Below are positions 30,178 through 39,655 of a stretch of 64,000 nt of DNA, one piece after another. Each line of letters starts with the position of its first letter. Position 1 is the first letter of the stretch. A model generated the notes under the pieces. The model was not told the origin of the DNA. It searched no databases and saw only the letters and a program-made list of their open reading frames with translations. Made by a program: the position numbers and the translations under genes. Source of the DNA: Candidatus Spongiisociaceae bacterium (lineage in GTDB: Bacteria > Actinomycetota > Acidimicrobiia > Spongiisociales > Spongiisociaceae); contig CBDCOH010000002.1 in the NCBI GenBank assembly GCA_965219685.1, forward strand, positions 1,984,001-2,048,000, read 5' to 3'.

Positions 30178-31269
30178 TCAGCCTGGAACCACGACGGTGC
30201 GCAGCGCCGATCCCGTCTCCAGGTTCTCGAAGCCCTTCTCCATCTCCGAGAGTGGGATTGTGTGGGTGACCATGGAGTCCAGATCCAGGCTGCCTGCCTG
30301 GTAGAGCGAGTCCAGGACCGGGAAGTCCTGGGCCGGGATGCCCTCGCCCCCGTGCGTGGTCATCAGCGTGGAGGTGTTACGGAAGAATGCCGACGGATCC
30401 AGGTCGGCCACCGACCCGACGGGGGGCACTCCGATCATGGTGGCCACTCCCCCGTAGGACAGCATCGAAACGGCCTGCTCGAGCGTGGCGCCCATTCCCA
30501 CCGCCTCGAAGGAAAAGTCCACCCCTTCGCCTCCGGTCAGGTCTCTCACCGCCTCCACGGCGTCCTGTTCGGCCGAATTGACCGCGTGTGTGGCGCCCAT
30601 CGACATCGCCCACTCGAGCTTGAGGTCGGAGATGTCCACGGCTATCACCTTCGAGGCGTTGGCCATCCGGGCGCCCTGCACGGTGGAAAGACCGATCCCC
30701 CCGCAGCCGATCACGGCGGTGGTCGCACCCGGCCACACCTTGGCCGTATGGAAGACGGCACCGGTACCGGTCATGACCGCGCAACCGAGCATGGAGGCGG
30801 AGGTCATCGGCATGCCGTCGCTCACGTGGAATGCGGCAGCGGCGTCCACGGGGATCCGCTCCGCATACATCCCCAAGCCCATCGGCACCTCCACCCTGGA
30901 ACCGTCGGACACCAGCGTGACCTCCGGAGCCCGTGGGGAGGAGGAGTTGCAGCGCCGCGGATCGTTGCGGCGGCACATCGGGCACGAGCCGCAAGGTACC
31001 CGGCATCCCACCGCTACCCGGTCACCCTCCTTCAGGCGGGTCACCCCCCTGCCCACTCGCTCCACGACTCCGGCTCCTTCGTGGCCCAACAGCATGGGAT
31101 AGCGGGGCTCCCGCCCCGACTGCAGACCCTTGGAGACCTTGTAGTCGGTGCGGCACACGCCCGCCGCTTCGACCCTGAGGATCACCTCCCCGTCCCGGGG
31201 AGCGCCGATCTCGATGTCGGTGACCTCGACCCGGCCCGGCTCGGCGACCAGGGCCGCCCGGCTATGCAT
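30178..31269 (-). CDS. Zn-dependent alcohol dehydrogenase (MDR family)
   Basis: GVCRTD, GHEGAG, CGSCPMC...C, GCAVMTG, GCGGIG. Confidence 0.93.
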   Translation of the reverse strand: MHSRAALVAEPGRVEVTDIEIGAPRDGEVILRVEAAGVCRTDYKVSKGLQSGREPRYPMLLGHEGAGVVERVGRGVTRLKEGDRVAVGCRVPCGSCPMCRRNDPRRCNSSSPRAPEVTLVSDGSRVEVPMGLGMYAERIPVDAAAAFHVSDGMPMTSASMLGCAVMTGTGAVFHTAKVWPGATTAVIGCGGIGLSTVQGARMANASKVIAVDISDLKLEWAMSMGATHAVNSAEQDAVEAVRDLTGGEGVDFSFEAVGMGATLEQAVSMLSYGGVATMIGVPPVGSVADLDPSAFFRNTSTLMTTHGGEGIPAQDFPVLDSLYQAGSLDLDSMVTHTIPLSEMEKGFENLETGSALRTVVVPG

Positions 31270-32428
31270 CCAGGTCGACCAGGATGTCGTGGTCGTAGGT
31301 GAGCCGCTCGCCGCCGTCGGGGGTCACCCGCACGTTGTCGGAGACGCAGATGCCACCCACCGCCAGCGCCTCGGCCGGATCCTCGAAGGTGATCTGGGGA
31401 TGGAGGTTGATGACCATATCGGTCTTCATGATCCGTTCCTTGCCGGGAATCCAGGGCGGTTCGTGGGAGTCGAGCCCGATGCCGTGGGCCGTGTAGGCCA
31501 CCGAGTCCTCGCCGCCCTGCCCGTACTTGCGATGGACCCGGTTCCGGGCCGCGATGACCTCCTCCGAGGAGTCACCTGTCTTCATCGCAGCGATGCACGC
31601 ATCGAGGGTCTCGATCCGGGTATCCCAGTACCGCAGGACCTGGTCGGAAGGGCGGCCGAAACAGTAGGTCCGCCGCACTTCCACCCAGTAACCGGAGGGA
31701 CCCCCCCATTCGAGATCGATACAGATGATGTCGTCCCTCTCGATCTCGGCGTCCATGCCGAAGGTGTAGGCCCGGTGCGGCTGGCGGCTCATCTGGGCGA
31801 TCCCGTCCAGGCAGCCGTGCTGGCGGACCAGGCGGTGAGCCTCGGCCAGCACGTCGCGCTCGTTGGCGCCCGGGCGGATATGACCCTCAAGACCGGCGAA
31901 GACCCGACGGATGATCCGGGAGGTCTCACGGAGGTTCTCGAGTTCCTCGGCGCTCTTGACGGACTTGATGTCGTCGAAGACATCGGTGGCGTCCACGAGG
32001 GTGGCGGTGCTTCCGAACGTGTTCTGGAAGGCCATGTAGTGGGCCGCGGAGGTGATGTCGGCCAGCCCCACGATCCCGATGGTCCCGCCGGAGATGCCGT
32101 GGTCGGACAGGATCCCGGCGATCTCGACCTCCGGAGTCTGGGTAGCGCGGTAGTCCTGGATCCAGTTCACCAGCGCCACGCGCGAGAGGCCCCACAGCGG
32201 ATCGCCTATGAAGGTGGGTTCGCCCGTCTGGGGAAGGACGACCATCCCCCACCCGGCCCATTGGAAGATGTCACTCACGTACTGCACGCGGCCCCGTACG
32301 AACTCGTCACCGCGGCTGCAGATGATCATCGCGTCGATCCCGGCTCCTGCCATGGCCTCGCGCAGCACTCGGTGGCGTCGTTCCCGCTCGGCGGGGGAGG
32401 AAATGTGGGTCAGCTTGCCTTCAGCCAT
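31262..32428 (-). CDS. M24/creatinase-fold hydrolase
   Basis: VKSAEE, IRPG..E, HGIGLDSHEPP, DNVRVTPDGGERLT. Confidence 0.88.
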   Translation of the reverse strand: MAEGKLTHISSPAERERRHRVLREAMAGAGIDAMIICSRGDEFVRGRVQYVSDIFQWAGWGMVVLPQTGEPTFIGDPLWGLSRVALVNWIQDYRATQTPEVEIAGILSDHGISGGTIGIVGLADITSAAHYMAFQNTFGSTATLVDATDVFDDIKSVKSAEELENLRETSRIIRRVFAGLEGHIRPGANERDVLAEAHRLVRQHGCLDGIAQMSRQPHRAYTFGMDAEIERDDIICIDLEWGGPSGYWVEVRRTYCFGRPSDQVLRYWDTRIETLDACIAAMKTGDSSEEVIAARNRVHRKYGQGGEDSVAYTAHGIGLDSHEPPWIPGKERIMKTDMVINLHPQITFEDPAEALAVGGICVSDNVRVTPDGGERLTYDHDILVDLDA

Positions 32429-32444
32429 TTGAGACCGGCTCCTT

Positions 32445-33173
32445 TCAGCTGCTCGGCGTCGGGATCGACGCGGGACGGTGCATGGAAGGGACTTCCGGAT
32501 TCTCCAGTTCCTTGCATATCTCGTCGGTTGTCCGGGAGGCTATGAACCCTCCGTCGGTCATCCGCACCAGGGCGTTCTCGTGGAGTTCCCTGGTCGAGGA
32601 GGTGCACGCATCCGACACCAGCGACACCGTGTATCCCCGGTCGGCTGCGTCTCGGGCGGAGAGCTCCACGCAACCCTCGGTGACGATCCCGGTGAACACG
32701 AGGTGGCTGACGCCCATCCGCTTGAGAACGTTGTCGATGGCGCTGGAGTTGAAGACGCTGGACGAGGTCTTGGAGAAGATCATCTCGTCACCCTGCGCGG
32801 CCACCTCCGGCAGGAGTTCGTCATCGTAGGGCTCGCGGGGCACCGGTTCGAGCTCGGCGGACGGCATGAAGGCCTTACCTGCGTCCCGACCGTCGGAGGT
32901 CCGGTAGGCCACCCGGACGTGAATGACTTCCTCTCCCGCATCGCGGAACGCGTCCTGGCACCGGCGCACGTTGGGAAGGATGCCGTTGATGTTGTCCCAG
33001 CGTTCCTGCATGGTCTCGGGCTTGCCGGCGGCCTGGGCTATCCGCCCGATCCATCCCTCTGCATGGGCATCGAGGTACTGAAGGTCGATGGTGAGAAGCG
33101 CCGTCTTCCCCGGTTCGATGGAAGGGAAAGACGGGCGGGGGAACAGGTCGTAGAAGGGGTCGTGCAGGTCCAA
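32445..33173 (-). CDS. Isochorismatase-family cysteine hydrolase
   Basis: TALLTIDLQ (Asp), FSKTSSSVF (Lys), GIVTEGCVE (Cys), ARDAADRGY. Confidence 0.92.
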   Translation of the reverse strand: MDLHDPFYDLFPRPSFPSIEPGKTALLTIDLQYLDAHAEGWIGRIAQAAGKPETMQERWDNINGILPNVRRCQDAFRDAGEEVIHVRVAYRTSDGRDAGKAFMPSAELEPVPREPYDDELLPEVAAQGDEMIFSKTSSSVFNSSAIDNVLKRMGVSHLVFTGIVTEGCVELSARDAADRGYTVSLVSDACTSSTRELHENALVRMTDGGFIASRTTDEICKELENPEVPSMHRPASIPTPSS

Positions 33174-33285
33174 GGTCCTCAGCCTTTCGTCGAGACTGCC
33201 GGTTCATGGGGAACGTGGTTGCCTGCCGCAACCATCTCCACCTCCGGCCGGCGCCAAGTATACGGCTCGCCGCGAAGGGCTCTGC

Positions 33286-34398
33286 CTATACCGTCACCCT
33301 TCGGCCCTCCCGGCTCGAGATCATGACCGCGTCGATGATCCTGTGCAGATCGACTCCGTCGGCGAAGTCCGGTCGGAACCGCCGCCCCTCCCTGATCGAG
33401 TCGGCGAACTCGGCGAGCGCTCGGGCCACGTTGTAGGCGGCGTGTCCTTCAGTGATCGGCGTGTCGGAGAAGTACTCGGCGGGGATGTCGACCTCCTCAA
33501 GTCCCCCGGACTCGGCTCCACCCACTGACACCTGCATGGGACCAACCGAAACCTTCACCGGGCTGAACTGGTAATAGGAAGGAGCAGCGAGAAGTATCTG
33601 CCCTTCCTCGCCGATGATCCGCAGCGAGTAGCCCTGCGGCGGCGATACGGTGTTGGACACATAGGCCGTCCCGACGACGCCTCCTGCCAACTCGGCCATT
33701 GCCATCACAGTGTCGGCCGTCATCCATTCGAAGGTTCCGCCATCGGTGTACACCCCGGCCGGCGAAAGGGTCAACTGCCGAGCGGTGACGCTCTCCACCT
33801 CGCCCAATATGGAGCGGACCGAGTCCATCACGTGGCCGAACGCTACGAACAGCGCTCCGCTGGCCTCTTCATGGCGAACCAGCCACGCGCGGTCACGGTC
33901 CACGTCGAATTTGGATAGCATCTGGGAGACCACGAACGACAGGGGTTTGCCGACCGTACCTTCGGCCACCAGCCGGCGTGCCCAGGCGATCGCCGGGGAG
34001 AATCGACCCTGCAACCCGACCGCGGTGGGGATGCCCCGCCGGCCGGCCAGCGAAGCCATCTCCCGTGCCTCGGTGCTGTCGAGAGCGAGCGGCCACTCGC
34101 AGAACACCGCCTTCCCGGCGCGAAGGGCCGCCATGGACAAGGGGTGGTGGAAGCGGGGCCGGACCGCCACCGTGACCACGTCGACCTCTGGATCGTTGCA
34201 CAGGTCGTCGATGCCCGCGTACCACTTCCGGGCACCCCAGCGTCGGGCTGCTTCTTGAGCCGTCTCCTCCCTGGTCGTGCACACCGCCTGGAGGACCAAT
34301 CCGGGAACGGACTGCACCGCCGGAAGATGGGCCCGATCGCCGAATCCGGGTGGGCTGGCGCCCACTATCCCCACCCGCACCGGATTGCTGTTGCTCAT
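33286..34398 (-). CDS. Gfo/Idh/MocA family oxidoreductase
   Basis: RVGIVGA, HLPA, GKAVFCEWPLA, GLQGR, PDFADG. Confidence 0.92.
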   Translation of the reverse strand: MSNSNPVRVGIVGASPPGFGDRAHLPAVQSVPGLVLQAVCTTREETAQEAARRWGARKWYAGIDDLCNDPEVDVVTVAVRPRFHHPLSMAALRAGKAVFCEWPLALDSTEAREMASLAGRRGIPTAVGLQGRFSPAIAWARRLVAEGTVGKPLSFVVSQMLSKFDVDRDRAWLVRHEEASGALFVAFGHVMDSVRSILGEVESVTARQLTLSPAGVYTDGGTFEWMTADTVMAMAELAGGVVGTAYVSNTVSPPQGYSLRIIGEEGQILLAAPSYYQFSPVKVSVGPMQVSVGGAESGGLEEVDIPAEYFSDTPITEGHAAYNVARALAEFADSIREGRRFRPDFADGVDLHRIIDAVMISSREGRRVTV

Positions 34399-34409
34399 GC
34401 TTGCCCCGC

Positions 34410-35822
34410 CTAACCGTTCGAGTCCGGGTCCGCAACGGGGTTCGCCATCAGCGTATGCCTGACGTGGAGCGGAGGACCGTCGGGAGAGACCAACCTCCCG
34501 CCCGGCTCCCCCACGACCCTTCCCTCGGCGAACACGACCCTGCCTCGGGACAGGGTGGTTAGAACCCGGCCTGCCACTTCCATCCCGTCATAGGCCTTGG
34601 CGCTTCCACCCGATCTGGCCAGAAAGCGCGCCGAGTCGACGACCCAGCGGGAGTCGGGGTCGACGAGCGCCAGATCGGCCTCCGATCCCGGAGATACCGT
34701 GCCCTTGCGGGGGTAGATGCCGAACAGCTTGGCCGGGTTGGCGGTCATCACCTCCACCGCCCTCTCCAGCGGGAACCGCCCGGTCAGGCCGGCGTCCAGC
34801 ATGGTCGGGACCAGCATCTCCAGGGACGGGATGCCCTGGCCGGAGGTGGCGAAGTCGGCGGCCGCCTTCTCCTCGGGCGTGAAGGGAGCGTGGTCGGATG
34901 CCACCACCGAGAGTGACCCTTCGGCGAGCGCCTCCCAGAGGTATGCGACATCCTCGGCGGGGCGCAGCGGAGGCGCGACCTTCACGAAGTTTCCGAAGCG
35001 TCGGATGTAGGACTCGTCGAACAGCAGGTAATGAGGGCATGACTCGCCCGAGAGGTCCGCTCCCAGTGCCTGGGCGGCTTGGACCTCCTCGGTGGCAAGG
35101 CGCGACGTGATGTGGACTATGTGGGCGGGAATCCCGACGTCGCGGGCGATGGTGGCCACCAGACCCACCGCGGCGGCCTCCACCAGGGGAGGCCGGGACG
35201 GGTTGCCCAACCGGTCCGGGTCGACACGGAAGCGTTCTATGAACTGCTGGCTCTCGGAGTGGACCGCGCACCGCAGGCCGGTGGCGCCGACCGTGCGCAG
35301 GCAGTCGTAGATGTGCTCGGGCCCGGAGGCGCAGAGTCCTTCGAACTCGTCTACACGCTCGGGCGGTGGGTCGTGGGTGAAGAGCTTGAATCCGATCGCC
35401 CCGCATTCGGCCATCGCCTCTGCCCGGGCCGGGTCGGTGAAGCCCGCCCCGGAGTAGAGAGCGAAGTCCACCAGGCTCTCGGCTTCCCCGAGCTGCCTCC
35501 GGGCCTCGAAGGCCTCCGGGGTGCTGCACGGCGGGTTGGAGATCGGCATCTCGAACAGGGTCGTGATGCCCGAGGCGGCGGCCGCCCGTGACTCGGAGGC
35601 GAAGGTGGCCCGCTCGGGGTGGCTGGGAGCCCGGCAGTGGAAGTGCGCGTCCACCGCGCCGGGGATCACCAGCAACCCCGATGCGTCTATCTCCTGCCGG
35701 GCCGGCCCGAGAGTCCCATGCGGCGACACATCGGTGATGAACTCGCCCTGCACACCGACATCTGCCGGTCGTGAACGGCCGTCGCTGACCACCGTTCCCC
35801 CGACGATTCTCAGGTCAAGCAT
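34410..35822 (-). CDS. Cyclic amidohydrolase (allantoinase/dihydroorotase/hydantoinase-like)
   Basis: PGAVDAHFH, GFKLF, HSE, HIVHIT, ESCPHYL, ASDHAP, GSEADL. Confidence 0.92.
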   Translation of the reverse strand: MLDLRIVGGTVVSDGRSRPADVGVQGEFITDVSPHGTLGPARQEIDASGLLVIPGAVDAHFHCRAPSHPERATFASESRAAAASGITTLFEMPISNPPCSTPEAFEARRQLGEAESLVDFALYSGAGFTDPARAEAMAECGAIGFKLFTHDPPPERVDEFEGLCASGPEHIYDCLRTVGATGLRCAVHSESQQFIERFRVDPDRLGNPSRPPLVEAAAVGLVATIARDVGIPAHIVHITSRLATEEVQAAQALGADLSGESCPHYLLFDESYIRRFGNFVKVAPPLRPAEDVAYLWEALAEGSLSVVASDHAPFTPEEKAAADFATSGQGIPSLEMLVPTMLDAGLTGRFPLERAVEVMTANPAKLFGIYPRKGTVSPGSEADLALVDPDSRWVVDSARFLARSGGSAKAYDGMEVAGRVLTTLSRGRVVFAEGRVVGEPGGRLVSPDGPPLHVRHTLMANPVADPDSNG

Positions 35823-35980
35823 CAGTCGCTCAGTTCGTCAGTCCGCAGAACAACCTCGCATGTCGTGCCCGCCACCGGTGAATACCGCACCGGACACTTC
35901 ACAGACAGACCGCCCGACCGTCTCTGCTGCTCCCGCCCGGCCACCACAGAGTTAGGCAAACGGCCCGAACCATCGTTGGC

Positions 35981-36029
35981 CACCGATGACCATCTACTGA
36001 CTACCAACTAGGAACCAGGAACCAATCGT
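35981..36029 (-). repeat. Degenerate heptamer tract directly after a TAG stop
   Basis: Minus strand: TAG-ACGATTG-GTTCCTG-GTTCCTA-GTTGGTA-GTCAGTA-GATGGTC-ATCGGTG; resembles 61336-61391. Confidence 0.7.
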
Positions 36030-37274
36030 CTAGGCCCGGCGGTAACCGATCTCGGGTCCGGGTCCCCAGCGAGTGCCCATGCCCTCGATGTCCCTTCCGA
36101 CCTGCAGGTAGCCGCCCTCCGACGAGAACGCCATCTGGCCCCTCACGAAGACCCGCTTGACGTCCTTCATATGGTCCAGCGAGGCCAGCGGGTCGCCTCC
36201 CACCGCTACCACGTCGGCGGTCTTGCCCGCTTCGAGGCTGCCCAGTTGGTCCTCGAGTCCCAGGAGCTTGATGCCCCGGCGGGTTATGGAGTTGAGGGCG
36301 TCCAGGTTGTCGGGGCACACCCCGACCTCCACCATGAACTTGAGTTCCTCTGCGATGGCGTAGTGGGGCACCACCGGGCTCCCGGCGTCGGTGCCGAACA
36401 CGATGGGTATGCCGGCCCGGGCCGCGGCCACGTTGCCCGCGAACCGCTCAGGTTCGTTCATCTGGTCCTTGCGCCGCTCAACATCCGACTCGGTCATCCC
36501 GAAGTCCCGACCGAACTTGACCTGCTGAACCAGCGGCGAGAAGGTGGTGACGATCGGCACGCCCTTCTCCACCATCTTCTCGATGGTGGGAGGGGTCAGC
36601 GAGCCACCGTGCTCCACACAGTCCACTCCGGCGTCCACCACCCGCGAGATGGCCTCGTCGAAGGTGGCGTGGGCGGTGACCTTCATCCCGTTCTGGTGAG
36701 CCTCCTCCACCATGGCCCGCAACTCGTCCATGGTGAACTGCACCTCTTCGTGGGAGCCCATGATCTTGATCCACTGAGCGCCGGCCTTGAACTGCTCCCG
36801 GATGGCTTGGCGCACCCCGTAGATACCGTCTGCCTCCCGGCAGCACCACCAGGTGTGCCCACCGGTGGTGCAGATAGCCCGACCGTTGGGAAACAGGCGG
36901 ATCCAGGGCGCCCAACCGTTGTCGATGGCAATCTTGGCATCGATGTTGGCGTTGTTCATACCCAGGTCGCGGATGGTGGTGACCCCGGCCGAGAGCGTCC
37001 GATGGACGTTCATGATCGCTTTCATGGCGTTGACGGCCGGCGACTCGTTGGCCTGCATCTCCAGGTCGTGGGTGCCGTCCCAGCCGAGGTGGACGTGGCA
37101 GTTCACCAGACCGGGCAGCAGGTACATGCCGGAGACGTCCACCACATTGTCCGCCGCCTGCCCGTTGGCCGAACCCACCGAGGCGATCTGCTCGCCGTCG
37201 ATGACCAGGTCCTGTTGCCGCGATGGCCCGCCGTCAAGATTCACGACGACTCCGCCTTTGAGGATTGTGCGCAC
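36030..37274 (-). CDS. Metal-dependent amidohydrolase
   Basis: PGLVNCHVH, WIKIM, TAHA, VEHG, FGTDAG, GKTADV; GTG start after AAAGGAAA. Confidence 0.92.
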   Translation of the reverse strand: MRTILKGGVVVNLDGGPSRQQDLVIDGEQIASVGSANGQAADNVVDVSGMYLLPGLVNCHVHLGWDGTHDLEMQANESPAVNAMKAIMNVHRTLSAGVTTIRDLGMNNANIDAKIAIDNGWAPWIRLFPNGRAICTTGGHTWWCCREADGIYGVRQAIREQFKAGAQWIKIMGSHEEVQFTMDELRAMVEEAHQNGMKVTAHATFDEAISRVVDAGVDCVEHGGSLTPPTIEKMVEKGVPIVTTFSPLVQQVKFGRDFGMTESDVERRKDQMNEPERFAGNVAAARAGIPIVFGTDAGSPVVPHYAIAEELKFMVEVGVCPDNLDALNSITRRGIKLLGLEDQLGSLEAGKTADVVAVGGDPLASLDHMKDVKRVFVRGQMAFSSEGGYLQVGRDIEGMGTRWGPGPEIGYRRA

Positions 37275-37299
37275 TGTTCGTTTCCTTTCTTGTCGCGGG

Positions 37300-38682
37300 T
37301 CAGATCTTGCCCAGGCGGCGTAGGGCTGTGCCAACCGCCACCAGGTTGGGAAGGGTCAACTCCGAGTAGTTCCGGGAGATCATCACACCCTTTCCCCCGC
37401 CTTCGAACGAGGCCTCCACCATGGCCTCGCAGTCGGCTGGGGTGATGTCACGCGCCACCGTCTCGACTCCCAGGCCTATACCGGGATACACCGCCACGTC
37501 CGGACCGACCGCTTCCACGTAACGCCGGGTGAAGTCGGCAACGTACTGGGGACTGAAGCCGGTGGGAGGCAGATCCTCGAACGGCGCCTCGTCCAGGCCG
37601 AGGATCTTGTACAGGATCGGCGTCCACTCCGACGGTGTGGCATCGCCGAGGATGGTCTTGCACAGGTTGGTCACGAACTTGGCGAACCGGGCACCGCCAG
37701 GGGCGTTGTAGAACACCGGCTTGAGCCAGTCGGCGTAGAGCTTGTACTCGGCCGGGTCGTGGGCGGCTCGCAGCAACGGGTTGAAGGTGTTGATCATCTG
37801 CCAGATGCCGAACCCCACCTGGTAGCCGTCGCCGAAGAACCGGACCAGACCGGAGATCTCGCGATACAGATCCTTGTGACCGTCCCACCACAGCTTCTGC
37901 CACTGCGACACCTCGGGGTATTCGAAGAGGTGGCGCAGGAAGGTGATCAGCTTGCCGTCCCGCGGCTGGTGGCCGGCCCTGACCGCCTTGAGATAGTCAT
38001 GGATCCTCCGGTACCCCTCGGCGGCCCTGCCGGCGTCGATCCCGCGGCGGTGGGCCTCGGACCGGCAATGGACGCAGAAGCAGGTGGGTACCTCGTCGCT
38101 GACGATCATCGAGGAGAGCGGGTCCTCGCGCTCGATGCCCCACAGCACCCCGTTGAGGTCGTACTCGTTCAGCCAGTTGTCGATCACCCCGAACCACCAG
38201 TTCCGGTAGTCGGGGTTGTACAGGCACGGCCGGGTGGCCTTGCGACCCCAGGGATCGACCTCGAGCACCTGCGCGAATCCCGGCTGCCACAAGGGCTTGG
38301 GGTTGCGGTGCGAGGTCTCGCAGTAGTAGGGGAAGACCTCGATACCCCTCTCGCGGGCCGCGGGGATCACGTCGCCGAGGATGTCCCAGCCCTCATACAG
38401 AGGATCGGGAGCGGTGAAGTCCTTGATGCTGGTCCCGTGGTAGTACCGGGAGTCGGGCGGGAAGAAGGCGCCACCTTGCAGGTTGTCGGGCTCCTGGCCG
38501 CCGTGATCCGGGTAGTCGCCACTCCCCGAGCGACCGGCGTTGCCCCGCGCCCACGAAAGGGCGGAGATGAAGATGGCGTTCACACCTGCCGACTCCTGGA
38601 AGATGTCGAGGGTCTCGTCGATCCCCTCGTCGATGAAGCTGATCCCCCCCACCTGCATTCCGACGAATGTCCGGTCGCTCAT
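37300..38682 (-). CDS. Uncharacterised protein, possibly glycoside-hydrolase-like TIM barrel
   Basis: 460-aa ORF with host-like codon usage inside the gene run; PCLYNPDYR, DLNGVLW and TCFCVHC are reminiscent of GH-like barrels. Function inferred. Confidence 0.6.
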   Translation of the reverse strand: MSDRTFVGMQVGGISFIDEGIDETLDIFQESAGVNAIFISALSWARGNAGRSGSGDYPDHGGQEPDNLQGGAFFPPDSRYYHGTSIKDFTAPDPLYEGWDILGDVIPAARERGIEVFPYYCETSHRNPKPLWQPGFAQVLEVDPWGRKATRPCLYNPDYRNWWFGVIDNWLNEYDLNGVLWGIEREDPLSSMIVSDEVPTCFCVHCRSEAHRRGIDAGRAAEGYRRIHDYLKAVRAGHQPRDGKLITFLRHLFEYPEVSQWQKLWWDGHKDLYREISGLVRFFGDGYQVGFGIWQMINTFNPLLRAAHDPAEYKLYADWLKPVFYNAPGGARFAKFVTNLCKTILGDATPSEWTPILYKILGLDEAPFEDLPPTGFSPQYVADFTRRYVEAVGPDVAVYPGIGLGVETVARDITPADCEAMVEASFEGGGKGVMISRNYSELTLPNLVAVGTALRRLGKI

Positions 38683-38683
38683 C

Positions 38684-39655
38684 TCAAGCCTCCGATCGCT
38701 GGGCGATGACCCGGCCCGCCGCGGCCAGTTCCTGCGCTACCGAGATGGCGCTGGGAATGCCGCCGGTGTGCGGGGTCATCAGCAGGTTGGGGGTGCTGCG
38801 CAGGGGGCTGTCCGGAAGGATCGGCTCCCACCAGAAGACATCGAGAGCTGCGCCGGCCAGGTGACCGCTGTGCAGGGCCGCCATCAGGGCGTCCTCGTCC
38901 ACCAGGCGCCCCCGGGCGGTGTTGACGAAGAAGGATCCCGCCGGCATCAGGGCGAACTCGCGGGCGCCCATCATCTTCTCCGTCTCCGGCGTGAACCGGT
39001 TGTGGAGGGAGACGCAGTGCGAAGCCGCCAGCAGTTCGTCGAACGGCAGGTAACGGATGCCCAACTCGGCCTCTTCCTCCGGCGAGAACCGGTTGCGCTT
39101 CGTGTATATGACGTCCATCCCGAACGCCGCCAGCCGGGTGGCCGCCTCGCGTCCGATCTTCCCGACTCCTACCAGCCCGACCCGCTTGCCGACCAGGGCC
39201 TCGAAGATCTCCAGGCCGACCCAGTTGTACGAGTAGTTCTCCTGGTCGGTCACGAAGGGCTCCATGCCCTCGGTGATCACCCCGTCCATGAGCCGCCGGT
39301 GGGCGGTGGGCAGGCGCTTGAAGAGCGCCAGGATCATCATCACGGCGTGCTCCGCCACACTGATCAGCGACGGGGACAGCACCTTGTCGGCCCAGACCCC
39401 CTGCGCCTCGCATATCTCGGCCGAGGGGGTGGCGCCTCCCGAGTCGAGGGTCACGACCCCGCGGAGCGAGGTGAGAGCCGCGAGTTGATCGTCGTCGACG
39501 CCCTTGCGCCAGAGCGCCAGGTAGTCTGCCTGGCCGATCGTGCCGGCGGAGACTGCGTCCTCCAGCACGGTGGCCCCGGCGGGGAGAGCGTCTTGGAGGG
39601 CGGCCACCTGCGCGGGTGAGAACTCCTCGACCAGGGCTACCGACGGGCCGCTCAC
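38684..39655 (-). CDS. D-isomer-specific 2-hydroxyacid dehydrogenase family protein
   Basis: SVAEH, GLVGVGKIG, VNTARGRLVDE, LDVF..EP, TPHTG; GTGA overlap with the upstream stop. Confidence 0.9.
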   Translation of the reverse strand: MSGPSVALVEEFSPAQVAALQDALPAGATVLEDAVSAGTIGQADYLALWRKGVDDDQLAALTSLRGVVTLDSGGATPSAEICEAQGVWADKVLSPSLISVAEHAVMMILALFKRLPTAHRRLMDGVITEGMEPFVTDQENYSYNWVGLEIFEALVGKRVGLVGVGKIGREAATRLAAFGMDVIYTKRNRFSPEEEAELGIRYLPFDELLAASHCVSLHNRFTPETEKMMGAREFALMPAGSFFVNTARGRLVDEDALMAALHSGHLAGAALDVFWWEPILPDSPLRSTPNLLMTPHTGGIPSAISVAQELAAAGRVIAQRSEA

